The notes below the pieces were generated by a model. That model ran no database searches. It was not told where the DNA came from and saw nothing but the letters and a program-made list of their open reading frames with translations. Positions 10,467-19,329 of a stretch of DNA of 64,000 bases are shown here, piece after piece; the first letter of the stretch is position 1; every line of letters begins with the position of its first letter. The position numbers and the translations under genes were made by a program. The stretch spans positions 28,847-92,846 of the forward strand of contig JBBQZX010000023.1 of NCBI GenBank assembly GCA_038207335.1. The letters are read 5' to 3'. Source of the DNA: Chthoniobacterales bacterium (lineage in GTDB: Bacteria; Verrucomicrobiota; Verrucomicrobiia; Chthoniobacterales; Chthoniobacteraceae).

Positions 10467-12284
10467 TTACGCGACTTGGGGTTGCGCGCGTTTGCGGGCG
10501 CTGGCGCTGAGGAGCTTTTTGCGGAGGCGGAGGCTCTTGGGCGTGACTTCAACGTATTCGTCGGGCGCGATGTATTCGAGCGAACGCTCGAGCGTCATCG
10601 TGAGTGGCGGGGCCAGTGAGATGCCTTTGCCGTCGCCGGTCGAGCGCATGTTGCTGAGCTTTTTCGCTCGGCACGGATTGACCGGCATGTCGTCTGGCCG
10701 GGCGTTTTCACCGATGATCATGCCTTCGTAAATCTCGGCTTGCGGCCCGATGAACAGGCGACCGCGTTCCTGGATCGTCTCGAGCGAATAGCTGGTGCTG
10801 ATGCCCTGCTCCATGGCGACGAGGACACCATTGTTGCGGGTCGGGATGTCGCCTTTGTGAGGACCGTATTCTTTGAAAATGTGCGACATGATCCCGTGGC
10901 CTTTCGTGCTGTTCACTAGGTCGGTCTCGAAGCCGATCAGGCCGCGTGTCGGCACCACCGCTTGAACGGTGACGCTGTGCGGATTGTGCTCCATGTGGAC
11001 GATGTCGGCTTTGCGGCCGGCGAGCGATTGGAGGATGTCGCCGAGCGAATCATTCGGCACATCAACGTAAAGGTTCTCCATCGGCTCGAGAAGTTTACCG
11101 TCTTCGTCGCGCTGGTAGATCACTTCCGGACGGGAGACGAGAAGCTCGAATCCTTCGCGCCGCATCTGCTCGACGATGATCGCGATCTGCATCTCGCCGC
11201 GCGCCTGCACTTCAAAGTGACCGGCGACGTCAGTGTCGCTGAAGATGATCGAGACGTTCGTGCGCGTTTCGCGGACAAGCCGCTCGCGAACCTGCCGCGC
11301 GGTGAGGAGCTTCCCCTCGCGACCGGCGAGCGGGCCGTCGTTGATGCAAATTTTCATCGTGATCGTCGGCGGATCGATATCGACGAATGGCAGCGGCAGG
11401 CGCTCCTCCGTATCGGTGAGCGTCTCGCCGATGAAGGCATCCTCAAAACCGCAGAGCCCCACGATGTCGCCGGCGCTGGCATTTTTGATTTCCACTTTTT
11501 GCAGACCGACGTGGCCGAAAAGTGCAGTGACATTTGCCCGCTCGCGCTTGCCTGCAGTGGTGATGTGCACGATTGAATCGCCGACTTTCACGCGACCGCT
11601 GATGATGCGACCGTAGGCGATTCGGCCGAGGTAATCGGAGTAGTCGAGATTCGAGATGAGCATCTGGAAGTAGCTCACGTCGGAAGGCTGCGGGGCGGGG
11701 ATATGTTTGATGATCGCCTCAAAAAGCGGTTCCATCGTCTCGCTCTTTTCGTGGATTTCCTTCATCGCGTAGCCGTCGCGGGCGGAGGCGTAAACGACAG
11801 GAAAGTCGAGCTGGATATCCGTCGCGTTGAGCTCGAGGAAGAGCTCGAAAACCATGTCGAGGACTTTGTGCGGGCGGGCGTTTTCCCGGTCGATCTTGTT
11901 GATGACGACGATCGGCTTAGCGCCATTTTCAAGCGCCTTTTTGAGGACGAACTTCGTCTGCGCCTGCGGGCCGTCGTGCGCATCGACGACGAGCAAAACG
12001 CCGTTGACCATCTTCATGATGCGCTCGACCTCGCCGCCGAAGTCCGCGTGGCCGGGAGTATCCACGATGTTGACGTGATAGTCATGCCAGCGGAACGCCG
12101 CGTTTTTCGCCTTGATCGTGATTCCTTTTTCGCGCTCCAGATCCATCGAATCCATGATGCGGATCTCCGTGGATTTCGCTTCGTTGGCGCGGAAAGTGCC
12201 GCTCTGTTTGAGCAGCTGATCAACGAGCGTGGTCTTGCCGTGATCGACGTGGGCGATGATGGCGATGTTGCGAATATGTTCCAT
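10467..12284 (-). CDS. typA: Translational GTPase TypA/BipA
   Basis: IRNIAIIAHVDHGKTTL, EREKGITI, DTPGHADFGGEVER, NKID, EVTPKSLRLRK. Confidence 0.97.
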   Translation of the reverse strand: MEHIRNIAIIAHVDHGKTTLVDQLLKQSGTFRANEAKSTEIRIMDSMDLEREKGITIKAKNAAFRWHDYHVNIVDTPGHADFGGEVERIMKMVNGVLLVVDAHDGPQAQTKFVLKKALENGAKPIVVINKIDRENARPHKVLDMVFELFLELNATDIQLDFPVVYASARDGYAMKEIHEKSETMEPLFEAIIKHIPAPQPSDVSYFQMLISNLDYSDYLGRIAYGRIISGRVKVGDSIVHITTAGKRERANVTALFGHVGLQKVEIKNASAGDIVGLCGFEDAFIGETLTDTEERLPLPFVDIDPPTITMKICINDGPLAGREGKLLTARQVRERLVRETRTNVSIIFSDTDVAGHFEVQARGEMQIAIIVEQMRREGFELLVSRPEVIYQRDEDGKLLEPMENLYVDVPNDSLGDILQSLAGRKADIVHMEHNPHSVTVQAVVPTRGLIGFETDLVNSTKGHGIMSHIFKEYGPHKGDIPTRNNGVLVAMEQGISTSYSLETIQERGRLFIGPQAEIYEGMIIGENARPDDMPVNPCRAKKLSNMRSTGDGKGISLAPPLTMTLERSLEYIAPDEYVEVTPKSLRLRKKLLSASARKRAQPQVA

Positions 12285-12329
12285 TTCTGTATCTCTCTCT
12301 GGATGGTCGTCTGAGTGCAAAGGGCGGGG

Positions 12330-12358
12330 AATATGGGGGGGATGCCCGATGGCGTCAA
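12330..12358 (-). promoter_or_regulatory. Putative sigma-70 promoter of typA
   Basis: Minus strand reads TTGACG-17 nt-CATATT, ending 46 nt before the typA start. Confidence 0.55.
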
Positions 12359-12567
12359 TGGCCGTGGACGACGAGTTTTTGCGTTGAACATCGGGCGTAA
12401 ACGCTCCCGCCGGATCGACTGCGAAGCGGCTTGGACACAGCATTCGCGGGCGATGAAGGACTGCGGAGAGGAGCGATTTTTCGCCGCGAGGCGAGACAAA
12501 GCTTCCACGCCGGACGCGAATTCGCTTCCATCACGACCCCTATTTTCAACCCACCAAACACACGACC

Positions 12568-13443
12568 ATGCCCAACCCTTGGACCGGAAAAGGAAACCCC
12601 TACACTCGCCAGGAAGTCCGCGATCGGCTCGATGCCTCGCTCAGCCGCGGGGAGCCGATCATCGCCGCGGGAGCTGGCACGGGAATCAGCGCGAAGTTCA
12701 TCGAGAAGGGCGGCGCGGACCTGATCATCATTTATAATAGCGGGCGTTTCCGCATGGCGGGGCACGGCTCGACCGCGGGACTGATGGCGTACGGCGACGC
12801 GAATCAAGTAGCGATGGACATCGGTGAATACGAGGTGCTGCCAATCGTGGAGGAGGTGCCGGTGATCTGCGGCGTGCATGCGACGGACCCGCGGCGACGG
12901 ATGTGGCACTGGCTTGGGCGGGTGAAAGAGATGGGCTTCTCCGGCGTAAATAATTTTCCGACGCACACGATCATCGATGGGCATTTCCGCGGGGTGCTGG
13001 AAGAGACGGGGATGAGCGTGAAAAAAGAGTTCGAGATGGTGTCGCTTGCGCACCGGATGGACCTTTTCACTATCGTTTACGTCGCGACGCCGGAAGAGGC
13101 GACCGCGATGGCGGAGGCGGGGGCAGATGCGATCATCGCGCACGTCGGGACGACGGTCGGCGGCTCAATCGGCGTAACCGGCGCGGTGGTGACGATGGAC
13201 CACGCGGTGAAGCGGACGAATGAGATCATAGCGGCGGCCAACACGGTGCGAAACGACATCTACTTCCTCTCGCACGGCGGCCCGATTGCGACGCCGGACG
13301 ACGCGGCTTTTGTAAATCAGAATACGGGGTGTGTGGGGTTTGTGGGGGCGTCGAGTTTGGAGCGACTTGGGGTCGAGCAGCCGCTGGTGGATTTGACGCG
13401 GAAGTTCAAAAAAATCCCGGTGCCGGCGGCAAAGAAGGAGTAG
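12568..13443 (+). CDS. Phosphoenolpyruvate hydrolase-like TIM-barrel protein
   Basis: GAGTGISAK, GADLIIIYNSGRFRMAG, GDAN, NFPT, HGGPI, GFVGASSLER. Confidence 0.85.
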   Translation: MPNPWTGKGNPYTRQEVRDRLDASLSRGEPIIAAGAGTGISAKFIEKGGADLIIIYNSGRFRMAGHGSTAGLMAYGDANQVAMDIGEYEVLPIVEEVPVICGVHATDPRRRMWHWLGRVKEMGFSGVNNFPTHTIIDGHFRGVLEETGMSVKKEFEMVSLAHRMDLFTIVYVATPEEATAMAEAGADAIIAHVGTTVGGSIGVTGAVVTMDHAVKRTNEIIAAANTVRNDIYFLSHGGPIATPDDAAFVNQNTGCVGFVGASSLERLGVEQPLVDLTRKFKKIPVPAAKKE

Positions 13444-13499
13444 CGCGGGCTCCCATCTTGCGCTGCACGTTTCGTCCGGGAGTCCGGGGAGCGCGCTAC
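13440..13499. repeat. GTAG-type REP-like inverted repeat between convergent genes
   Basis: GTAGCGCGGGCTCCC ... GGGGAGCGCGCTAC. Confidence 0.55.
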
Positions 13500-13503
13500 A
13501 CGC

Positions 13504-14382
13504 CTACGACTTCGCAGCGGGAACGGGCGCAGTGGCCGCAGGCGCGGCGACCGGATTCTCCACCGCCGGTGCCTCGGCAAAGTGGTGCTCCAAAATCCCC
13601 TCGGGCGTCGCTTCGCAGACGAACCAACCCTTCAGCGGCGAACCGTCGTGATTCATGCGGAAGCGCGAGCAGCAGCGATCGGTGAGGATCACCGCGTCGT
13701 TCACATCGCGCTCGCTCGCACCGTGCCAGTGGCCGCTGAAGACGCCGCGCAAATTCACATCGAGCAGTTTTCCGAGCAACTCCGCGCCGTTTTTTGGCCG
13801 CATCTTCACGCCCTCGCCGAGCGGGAAATGCGTGAAAACGACGGTCGGCATTTTCGGATCGAGCTTCGCTTCATCGAGAAAGTCGAACGTGCTCGCGGCG
13901 ATCATCGTGTCGCTGGCTTTCGTGCCGTCCGTCGTGTCGAGTCCGATGAATTGCCAGCCCTCGTGCGTGAAATGCCGATTCAAATGATCGGGAAAAATTG
14001 CGTCGTAGCCCGAGCGATCGGTCTGCGAAAGATAGTCATGATTTCCCGGCACGACATGGACTGGCATGTCGAGTCCGCTGAGGATCTCGCGAATCGCCGT
14101 GAGCGCCTCCGGTGTGCCCCGATCGCTGAGATCACCTGAGACCAGGCAAAATGCGGCATTCGGCGCGCTCCGCTTCATTTCGAGCACGACCTTTTCAAAA
14201 AACGGGCGGCACTCCGCGTCGAGAAAATGCAGGTCGTTCACCGCGATGAATGAAAACGGCTTGTGCTCCTTTTGCTCCGCCTCGTCGCCGAGCTTGCCGC
14301 CTTTGAAGCCGAGCCCGAGAGCGATGGCAGGCAGGAGGATGCGGAGTTGCTGACGGCGGGTGTAGTGGCGGGGGTCATTCAT
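13504..14382 (-). CDS. Calcineurin-like metallophosphoesterase (CpdA/Icc-like) with possible twin-arginine signal
   Basis: DLH, GD, GNHD, THFP and SGHWH motifs; N-terminal TRRQQL followed by a hydrophobic stretch. Confidence 0.85.
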   Translation of the reverse strand: MNDPRHYTRRQQLRILLPAIALGLGFKGGKLGDEAEQKEHKPFSFIAVNDLHFLDAECRPFFEKVVLEMKRSAPNAAFCLVSGDLSDRGTPEALTAIREILSGLDMPVHVVPGNHDYLSQTDRSGYDAIFPDHLNRHFTHEGWQFIGLDTTDGTKASDTMIAASTFDFLDEAKLDPKMPTVVFTHFPLGEGVKMRPKNGAELLGKLLDVNLRGVFSGHWHGASERDVNDAVILTDRCCSRFRMNHDGSPLKGWFVCEATPEGILEHHFAEAPAVENPVAAPAATAPVPAAKS

Positions 14383-14466
14383 GGCGGAGAGAAAGGGGTG
14401 CCGAGCGAGCGGGAATGCAAGCGGCAAATCACCTCTTCATGTTGGCAGCCGCTCCGGCTTCAAACA

Positions 14467-14763
14467 ATGTGGCTGTACTTCATTCAGCACGTTCTCATCA
14501 TCCACGAGGTCGCCGACTATCTGGCGTGGAAAAAAGTTTTCGCCGCGGCTTCCGACATCCGGCGCGAAGCCGGTGAGCGGACTTATCAAATGCTCAAAGA
14601 CCACGACGACCCGAACCACATTGTTCACTTCTCGGCGTGGACTTCAGTCGCGGACGCGCGGGCATTTTTCGAGTCTCCGAGACTGGTGAAAATCCGCTCA
14701 GACGCCGGTGTCCGATCGCCCGAGTTTATCTACCTTGACCAGCTCGAAGCCGGGACGCTCTGA
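14467..14763 (+). CDS. Small ABM-like (dimeric alpha/beta barrel) protein
   Basis: HEVADYLAWKKVF...AGERTYQ...HFSAWTSVADARAFFES pattern; start codon uncertain. Confidence 0.6.
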   Translation: MWLYFIQHVLIIHEVADYLAWKKVFAAASDIRREAGERTYQMLKDHDDPNHIVHFSAWTSVADARAFFESPRLVKIRSDAGVRSPEFIYLDQLEAGTL

Positions 14764-14765
14764 AG

Positions 14766-14811
14766 AAAAAAGCCTCCAGCTCGGCGGACTCTTGTCCGCC
14801 AAGTGGAGGCT
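14766..14811 (-). terminator. Intrinsic terminator hairpin (possibly bidirectional)
   Basis: AGCCTCCA..GGCGGAC-TCTT-GTCCGCC..TGGAGGCT preceded by an A run (U-tail on the minus strand), between convergent genes. Confidence 0.7.
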
Positions 14812-14833
14812 AATTTGCTAGGTGATGCTGCGG

Positions 14834-15073
14834 CTACTCAGTCGTAGTCTTTGTGCTTTTTTCCGTCGTGCTTCCGGCAGGAGTCGTGGTCGTCGAGGTG
14901 TTGGTCTCGGTCTTTTTGTCGGCGGGTGCTGCGGGCGTCACGATGGTCGTGTTCGTCTCCTTCGTGGGAGCCGGGTTGACGATCGTGGTGTCGCCGCCGG
15001 TTGGCGGGGCGGTGTGCTGCTCGCAGGCGACGCAGAGTGCCGCGGCTGCGACGGCGATGATGAGTTTTTTCAT
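14834..15073 (-). CDS. Small Thr-rich lipoprotein
   Basis: MKKLIIAVAAAALCVAC lipobox-like signal; low-complexity T/P/E/K body. Confidence 0.7.
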   Translation of the reverse strand: MKKLIIAVAAAALCVACEQHTAPPTGGDTTIVNPAPTKETNTTIVTPAAPADKKTETNTSTTTTPAGSTTEKSTKTTTE

Positions 15074-15175
15074 TGGTGGTATTTGGGTTCCCAAGCGGTT
15101 CATTCCGTCAGGGTGTTGAAATGTGTATCGCAACTCGCGCTCAACGTGAGCGTGCTTTGGCGGGTTTGCCTCCGC

Positions 15176-16273
15176 TCACCGCGACCCGAGGATGCGGCGA
15201 GATTCGCTGAGCACGACGCCCTTGAAAGCCATCTGCAGGCCCTCGGGATTCGCCGCGTGCGCGATCGCTTCCTCACGCGTGATGAGATTCTCGAGCACCA
15301 TGTTTTGCAACGCGCCGTCGAATGTCTGCATCCCGTCGCCGGCGCCGAGGTCCATCGCGCCGGGGAGTTTATCCATGCGGTCGTTCGCGATCAGGTTCGC
15401 GACGGCGGTGTTGTTCAGCAGGATTTCCAGCGCGGGTAAAATCCCGCCTTTCGTGCTGCGGACAAGCCGCTGGCAGACGACCGCGTGCAGCGTGTCGGCG
15501 AAAAGTTTCCGCGCGTAATCGCGCTCGTCCGCCGGGAAAAACTCGAGGATGCGCTGGACCGATTTCGTCGCGTCCGACGTATGCAGCGTCGTGATGACGA
15601 GGTGCCCGATATTCGCCGCGCTCATCGCCGCCGCCGCGCTCTCGGCATCGCGCATCTCGCCGATCACGAGCACGTCGGGATCCTGCCGCAGCACATGCCG
15701 CAGGCCGGTCGCAAAGGTCGCCGTGTCGAGTCCCACCTCGCGCTGCTCGATCACGGATTCCTTGTCGCGCAGCAGGAACTCGATCGGGTCCTCCAGCGTG
15801 ATGATGTGCTTGCGCGAAGTCGTGTTGATGTGGTCCAGCATCGCCGCCAGGGTCGTCGATTTCCCCGAGCCGATCGCCCCCGCGATGATGATGATCCCGC
15901 GCGCCGCCTCCGAGATTCGCGCCGTCGTCTCCGGCAGATTCAGCTCGGAAAAAGTGCGCACCTCCGTCTTCACGATCCGCAGCGCGAGCGTGTAGTCGCC
16001 GCGCTGCTGGAAGACATTCACGCGGAAGCGCCCTACCGTCGGCACCGCCAGCGCGAAATCCGCCTCGTGCTCGCTCGTCAGCCGCTGGCGCAGGCGCGGC
16101 GGCACGATCTCAGCAAGCAGCGCCTCCATCCACTCGGCATCCGGCTTGTCGCCATCGGCGGGCACGAGCTGCCGGTTGATGCGGAAGATGATCGCCCCGT
16201 GCGGCTTGATGTGGATGTCCGATGCGCCGGCCTCGATGCCGCCGCGGAGGATGCTGAGGAAAGTGGCGTCCAT
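15176..16273 (-). CDS. PilT/PilU-family ATPase (third paralog)
   Basis: ASDIHI, RFRVNVFQQRG, GAIGSGKST, TLEDPIE, LRQDPDVLVIGEMRD, TLHT. Confidence 0.88.
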   Translation of the reverse strand: MDATFLSILRGGIEAGASDIHIKPHGAIIFRINRQLVPADGDKPDAEWMEALLAEIVPPRLRQRLTSEHEADFALAVPTVGRFRVNVFQQRGDYTLALRIVKTEVRTFSELNLPETTARISEAARGIIIIAGAIGSGKSTTLAAMLDHINTTSRKHIITLEDPIEFLLRDKESVIEQREVGLDTATFATGLRHVLRQDPDVLVIGEMRDAESAAAAMSAANIGHLVITTLHTSDATKSVQRILEFFPADERDYARKLFADTLHAVVCQRLVRSTKGGILPALEILLNNTAVANLIANDRMDKLPGAMDLGAGDGMQTFDGALQNMVLENLITREEAIAHAANPEGLQMAFKGVVLSESRRILGSR

Positions 16274-16288
16274 GGGTGTGAGGGAAAT

Positions 16289-16906
16289 CTACCGCGCCGC
16301 CGCGAGCAAGTCATCGAGCCGATCCGCGCAAATCTGCGACCACGACTCCAGCGCATCGCGCCGGACGGCGAGTTGCGGGCGATCGAGAAATTGCAGCTCC
16401 GTGATCATCGCCTCGCCTTTCTGCACATCGTCACTTTCGAGCTGGAAAATGTGGACGATTCCGAGATGCACGCGCCCGACGTCGTTGCTGTCGTCGTTCA
16501 AAAGCGCGACCGCGTGATTCGTGTATTTCGCCCCGAGCCGCAGCTCCTCCCCGACCTCACGCTGCACCCCCGCATCGTAAGCCGCGCGATCCAGCGCAAA
16601 CAGCCCCTCGTCGTCGTCATTCATGTGGCCGCCGATGCCGATCGAGCCCTTTGCCACCAGCCGCTGCTCGCCCGCCTTTTTCCCGCGGACGTAATGCAGC
16701 ACGCGTCCCTCATGCACCAGCAGCACATACGGGATGATCTGCTTCAGCAAAGGGTCCTGCTCCGCCGGCGCGCGCGGCGTGAAAAAGTTATTCCCCCGGT
16801 CCAGCAGCGCCGGCAACCACCGCCCCACCTCAAAACTCAGCCCCTGAAACGCCCCCAACTCCTCAAAAAGCCCCCGCCGCACGACCAGGATCATTTCATC
16901 TTTCAT
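16289..16906 (-). CDS. Predicted NUDIX-family phosphoesterase (YmaB/COG4112-like)
   Basis: AEQDPLLKQIIPY, SIGIGGHMN, QREVGEEL, NDDSNDVGRVHLG. Confidence 0.8.
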   Translation of the reverse strand: MKDEMILVVRRGLFEELGAFQGLSFEVGRWLPALLDRGNNFFTPRAPAEQDPLLKQIIPYVLLVHEGRVLHYVRGKKAGEQRLVAKGSIGIGGHMNDDDEGLFALDRAAYDAGVQREVGEELRLGAKYTNHAVALLNDDSNDVGRVHLGIVHIFQLESDDVQKGEAMITELQFLDRPQLAVRRDALESWSQICADRLDDLLAAAR

Positions 16907-17196
16907 AAGGTCCGCATCTTCGCGCGCCCCAGCACCCGATGTCGAGCCGCGGCGGCGAATGCGGATTTGCAAGGCCGCGATCTTCGCCGCCCGGACCGAC
17001 GGGCCAAAAATGGCAGCCCGACGGGCCCAACCCCGCCGGGGGCTCACACCCTTTCGCCCGCCCACCCGGAGCAGGCGCTCGCGCCCCGCGCCAATCCGAG
17101 GATCGAGGACGAAACGCCGCTGGCATTGCAGCAACCCGGCATCGAAGCGACCGCCAAAGTGCACGGCAGGCTCCAAGCCGAGGCTCGTGCGGGACG

Positions 17197-17329
17197 ACAA
17201 GCCTGCCCGTGCAGGACAAGGACGCTGCCGGTGCAGGACAAGGAGGCTTCTTGTCCGGGACAAGGAGACTGCTTGTTAGCGCGGGAACTGTCGGAGGGGG
17301 TCCTGCGTTAACAAGGAGGCTCGTTGTCC
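17197..17329. repeat. Array of short palindromic ACAAG-N7-(C/G)TTGT repeats, partly at 22-bp spacing
   Basis: ACAAG at 17197, 17216, 17238, 17260 and 17311; the last three are ACAAGGAGGCTTCTTGT, ACAAGGAGACTGCTTGT and ACAAGGAGGCTCGTTGT. Confidence 0.7.
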
Positions 17330-17601
17330 ATGCAGATACCCCGCCGCGGGCAAGGTCCACTCCTGCTCCACCCCGAGCACGACTTGAAACAGGCCGGCCT
17401 CTACCCGCCGCTGCACACGCTCTGCGCTCTCACCTCCTTCAGCCTTCCGGCGAAGGTGAGCATCCCACTGTGATCGCCGGGACCGGGGAAGCTCCCGCCG
17501 AAACCGCGCTGCGCACCGGCCACCGCTCCCTCGTTGTTTCCCCGTTCCCAAGCTCAGCTCGGGACGAGCGGCAAAAGACCGACGAGCCTGCGACTCTTCC
17601 G

Positions 17602-19050
17602 CTATTTCGGGCCGGTGGCGATGAATCCGAACTGCCCGTCGGTCAGGGTGCCGTTGGTGGCAAAGGTGCTGACCTGGATTGTCGCGTTGGTGTAGTCGGA
17701 GATGATGGCGATCATGGGCACGCTCGTGCCGATCGCGGTGACCGTGGCGACGGCGTCGCCAGAGAACGGGGTATCGAAGGTGATGGTGTAAACGCCGGTC
17801 GGTTTGCCCGCGCTTCGCGCCACGGTGAAGCCGGTGCCGGCGTCGCGGCTCGGGTTGGCGAGGGTGCCGCCGACCGCGCCGCGGATGATCGCGAGGTTTT
17901 CTTTTCCAGCCGTGGCGAAGAACTGGCCGGTCGAGCCGAGCTTCACGTCGCCGCGGACGTCGAGCTTGGCGGCGGGGATGCTGGCGGTGCTGGCGCCGAT
18001 GCCGACGTTGCCATCCTTGGTGATGAACAGGCGCGCGACTCCTGCTGTGCGATCGATGATCTGGAAGGAGCCGTCGCCGAGGGCGACGCCGCCGTTGCTG
18101 CTCTGGAAGCTGTAGGTCCGCCCGTTGGTGCTGGTGCTCTGAAGGGCGAGCTGGGTGTCGCCGCCGCCGGCAACGGTGAGCTTGAAGCCGGGCGCGCTGG
18201 TGCCGATGCCGACATTGCCATTGGCGAGGACGGTGAGGCGCTCTGCGTTCCCGTTGGTGATGTCGTAGATGCTCCAGCGATTGGTATTGCCGAAGATGCC
18301 GCTGAAGTATTTCTGAGCGGAATTGTCGAAGAGCACTCCCGATCCGCCACTCCCCTTTTGCGTGAGGCCCAAGATTGCGTCGTCTCCGTCTCCCACCACT
18401 TCCAAGAGAACGGCGGGCGTGGGGGTGCCGATGCCGACGGGCCCGGTGAAGCTGGCCGTGGTGCCAGAGACGGTGCCGCCACTGGGGCTCACATCGACCT
18501 CGATGTAGGCCGGGTGGCCGCTGCCGGGGCCTTCCTTGCTGGCGATGGTCGCGGTGCCGCCGCTGCTGCCAAAGATCCCGATGCCATGCTCAGTGGTCGG
18601 GTCGGTCAGCCACGCTTTTACCTGCGTGGTGATGTCGGCGACGAAGTAGTCCTTCTTGAGAGGAGTCTGGGCCAGGTCGATCGCCGCGAGTAACGGAAAA
18701 CCCTCCGGCGCGGGCTGCGGACCGGGGCCCGCAAACGTCTCGGTGAAGCTGCTGCCGAGGTTGAAGATCGAAAGCGTGCCGGTCTTGCTCGCCTTCGGCA
18801 GGAAGAGGACCAGCCGGGCCGCGGTCACCGTCGCCGGATCGATGCCCGACGAGCTGACCGCGAAGCTGATGTAGGCGGTGCTTTTCGAGGAGATGGCCAG
18901 CGTCGTGGCCTTGCCGGACGCCGCCGAAATGTTGTGGGAGACCATCGACCCAGACGCGTCTTCAAAGATAGGGAAGGTCTCCGCCGAAGCAGAGGACAAC
19001 AGGGACGCCAGCGCGAAGCCGGCAGCGAGGAAGAAACGAGGTGATTTCAT
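17602..19050 (-). CDS. Secreted protein with a DNRLRE-like N-terminal domain and tail-fibre-like GNVGIG repeats
   Basis: Signal peptide MKSPRFFLAAGFALASLLSSASA; DITTQVKAW...SKE...P motif; repeats GPVGIGT, GNVGIGT, GNVGIGA; C-terminal GVYTITFDTPF...FGFIATGP. Confidence 0.65.
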   Translation of the reverse strand: MKSPRFFLAAGFALASLLSSASAETFPIFEDASGSMVSHNISAASGKATTLAISSKSTAYISFAVSSSGIDPATVTAARLVLFLPKASKTGTLSIFNLGSSFTETFAGPGPQPAPEGFPLLAAIDLAQTPLKKDYFVADITTQVKAWLTDPTTEHGIGIFGSSGGTATIASKEGPGSGHPAYIEVDVSPSGGTVSGTTASFTGPVGIGTPTPAVLLEVVGDGDDAILGLTQKGSGGSGVLFDNSAQKYFSGIFGNTNRWSIYDITNGNAERLTVLANGNVGIGTSAPGFKLTVAGGGDTQLALQSTSTNGRTYSFQSSNGGVALGDGSFQIIDRTAGVARLFITKDGNVGIGASTASIPAAKLDVRGDVKLGSTGQFFATAGKENLAIIRGAVGGTLANPSRDAGTGFTVARSAGKPTGVYTITFDTPFSGDAVATVTAIGTSVPMIAIISDYTNATIQVSTFATNGTLTDGQFGFIATGPK

Positions 19051-19329
19051 GGGTATGGGTGTGGGTATGAAAACCGAGCAACTGACCGCAGGCATGACCG
19101 TCGACAGGTGTGCTAACGAAGTTCCTGCCCGAACGGAAGCTTTGTTTCGCGGAGTCTTCTCATTCAGCGTCAGGTCGCCCAGGATTCGGCAGCCAACACT
19201 CCGCTAATGGCTCAGTTTGCTCCGAAGTGTAAGGCGGGCGCCCCGTCCGCCCAAGTCAACGGAAGCGACGCAAGCTGCTGGGACGTGGGAACGCGGCCGC
19301 GACTGCGGCGGCGCGTGATTTTCGATGCC

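Noticed and set aside
17197..17329. Possible CRISPR array
   Set aside because: Units are only ~17-22 bp, with no spacers of regular 25-45-bp length and no cas genes in the window.
19060..19320. Possible c-di-GMP or c-di-AMP riboswitch upstream of the fibre-like gene
   Set aside because: Only isolated fragments (GCAAAC, GGCTGCCGA) resemble the consensus; the conserved stems could not be built by eye. An Rfam scan would settle it.
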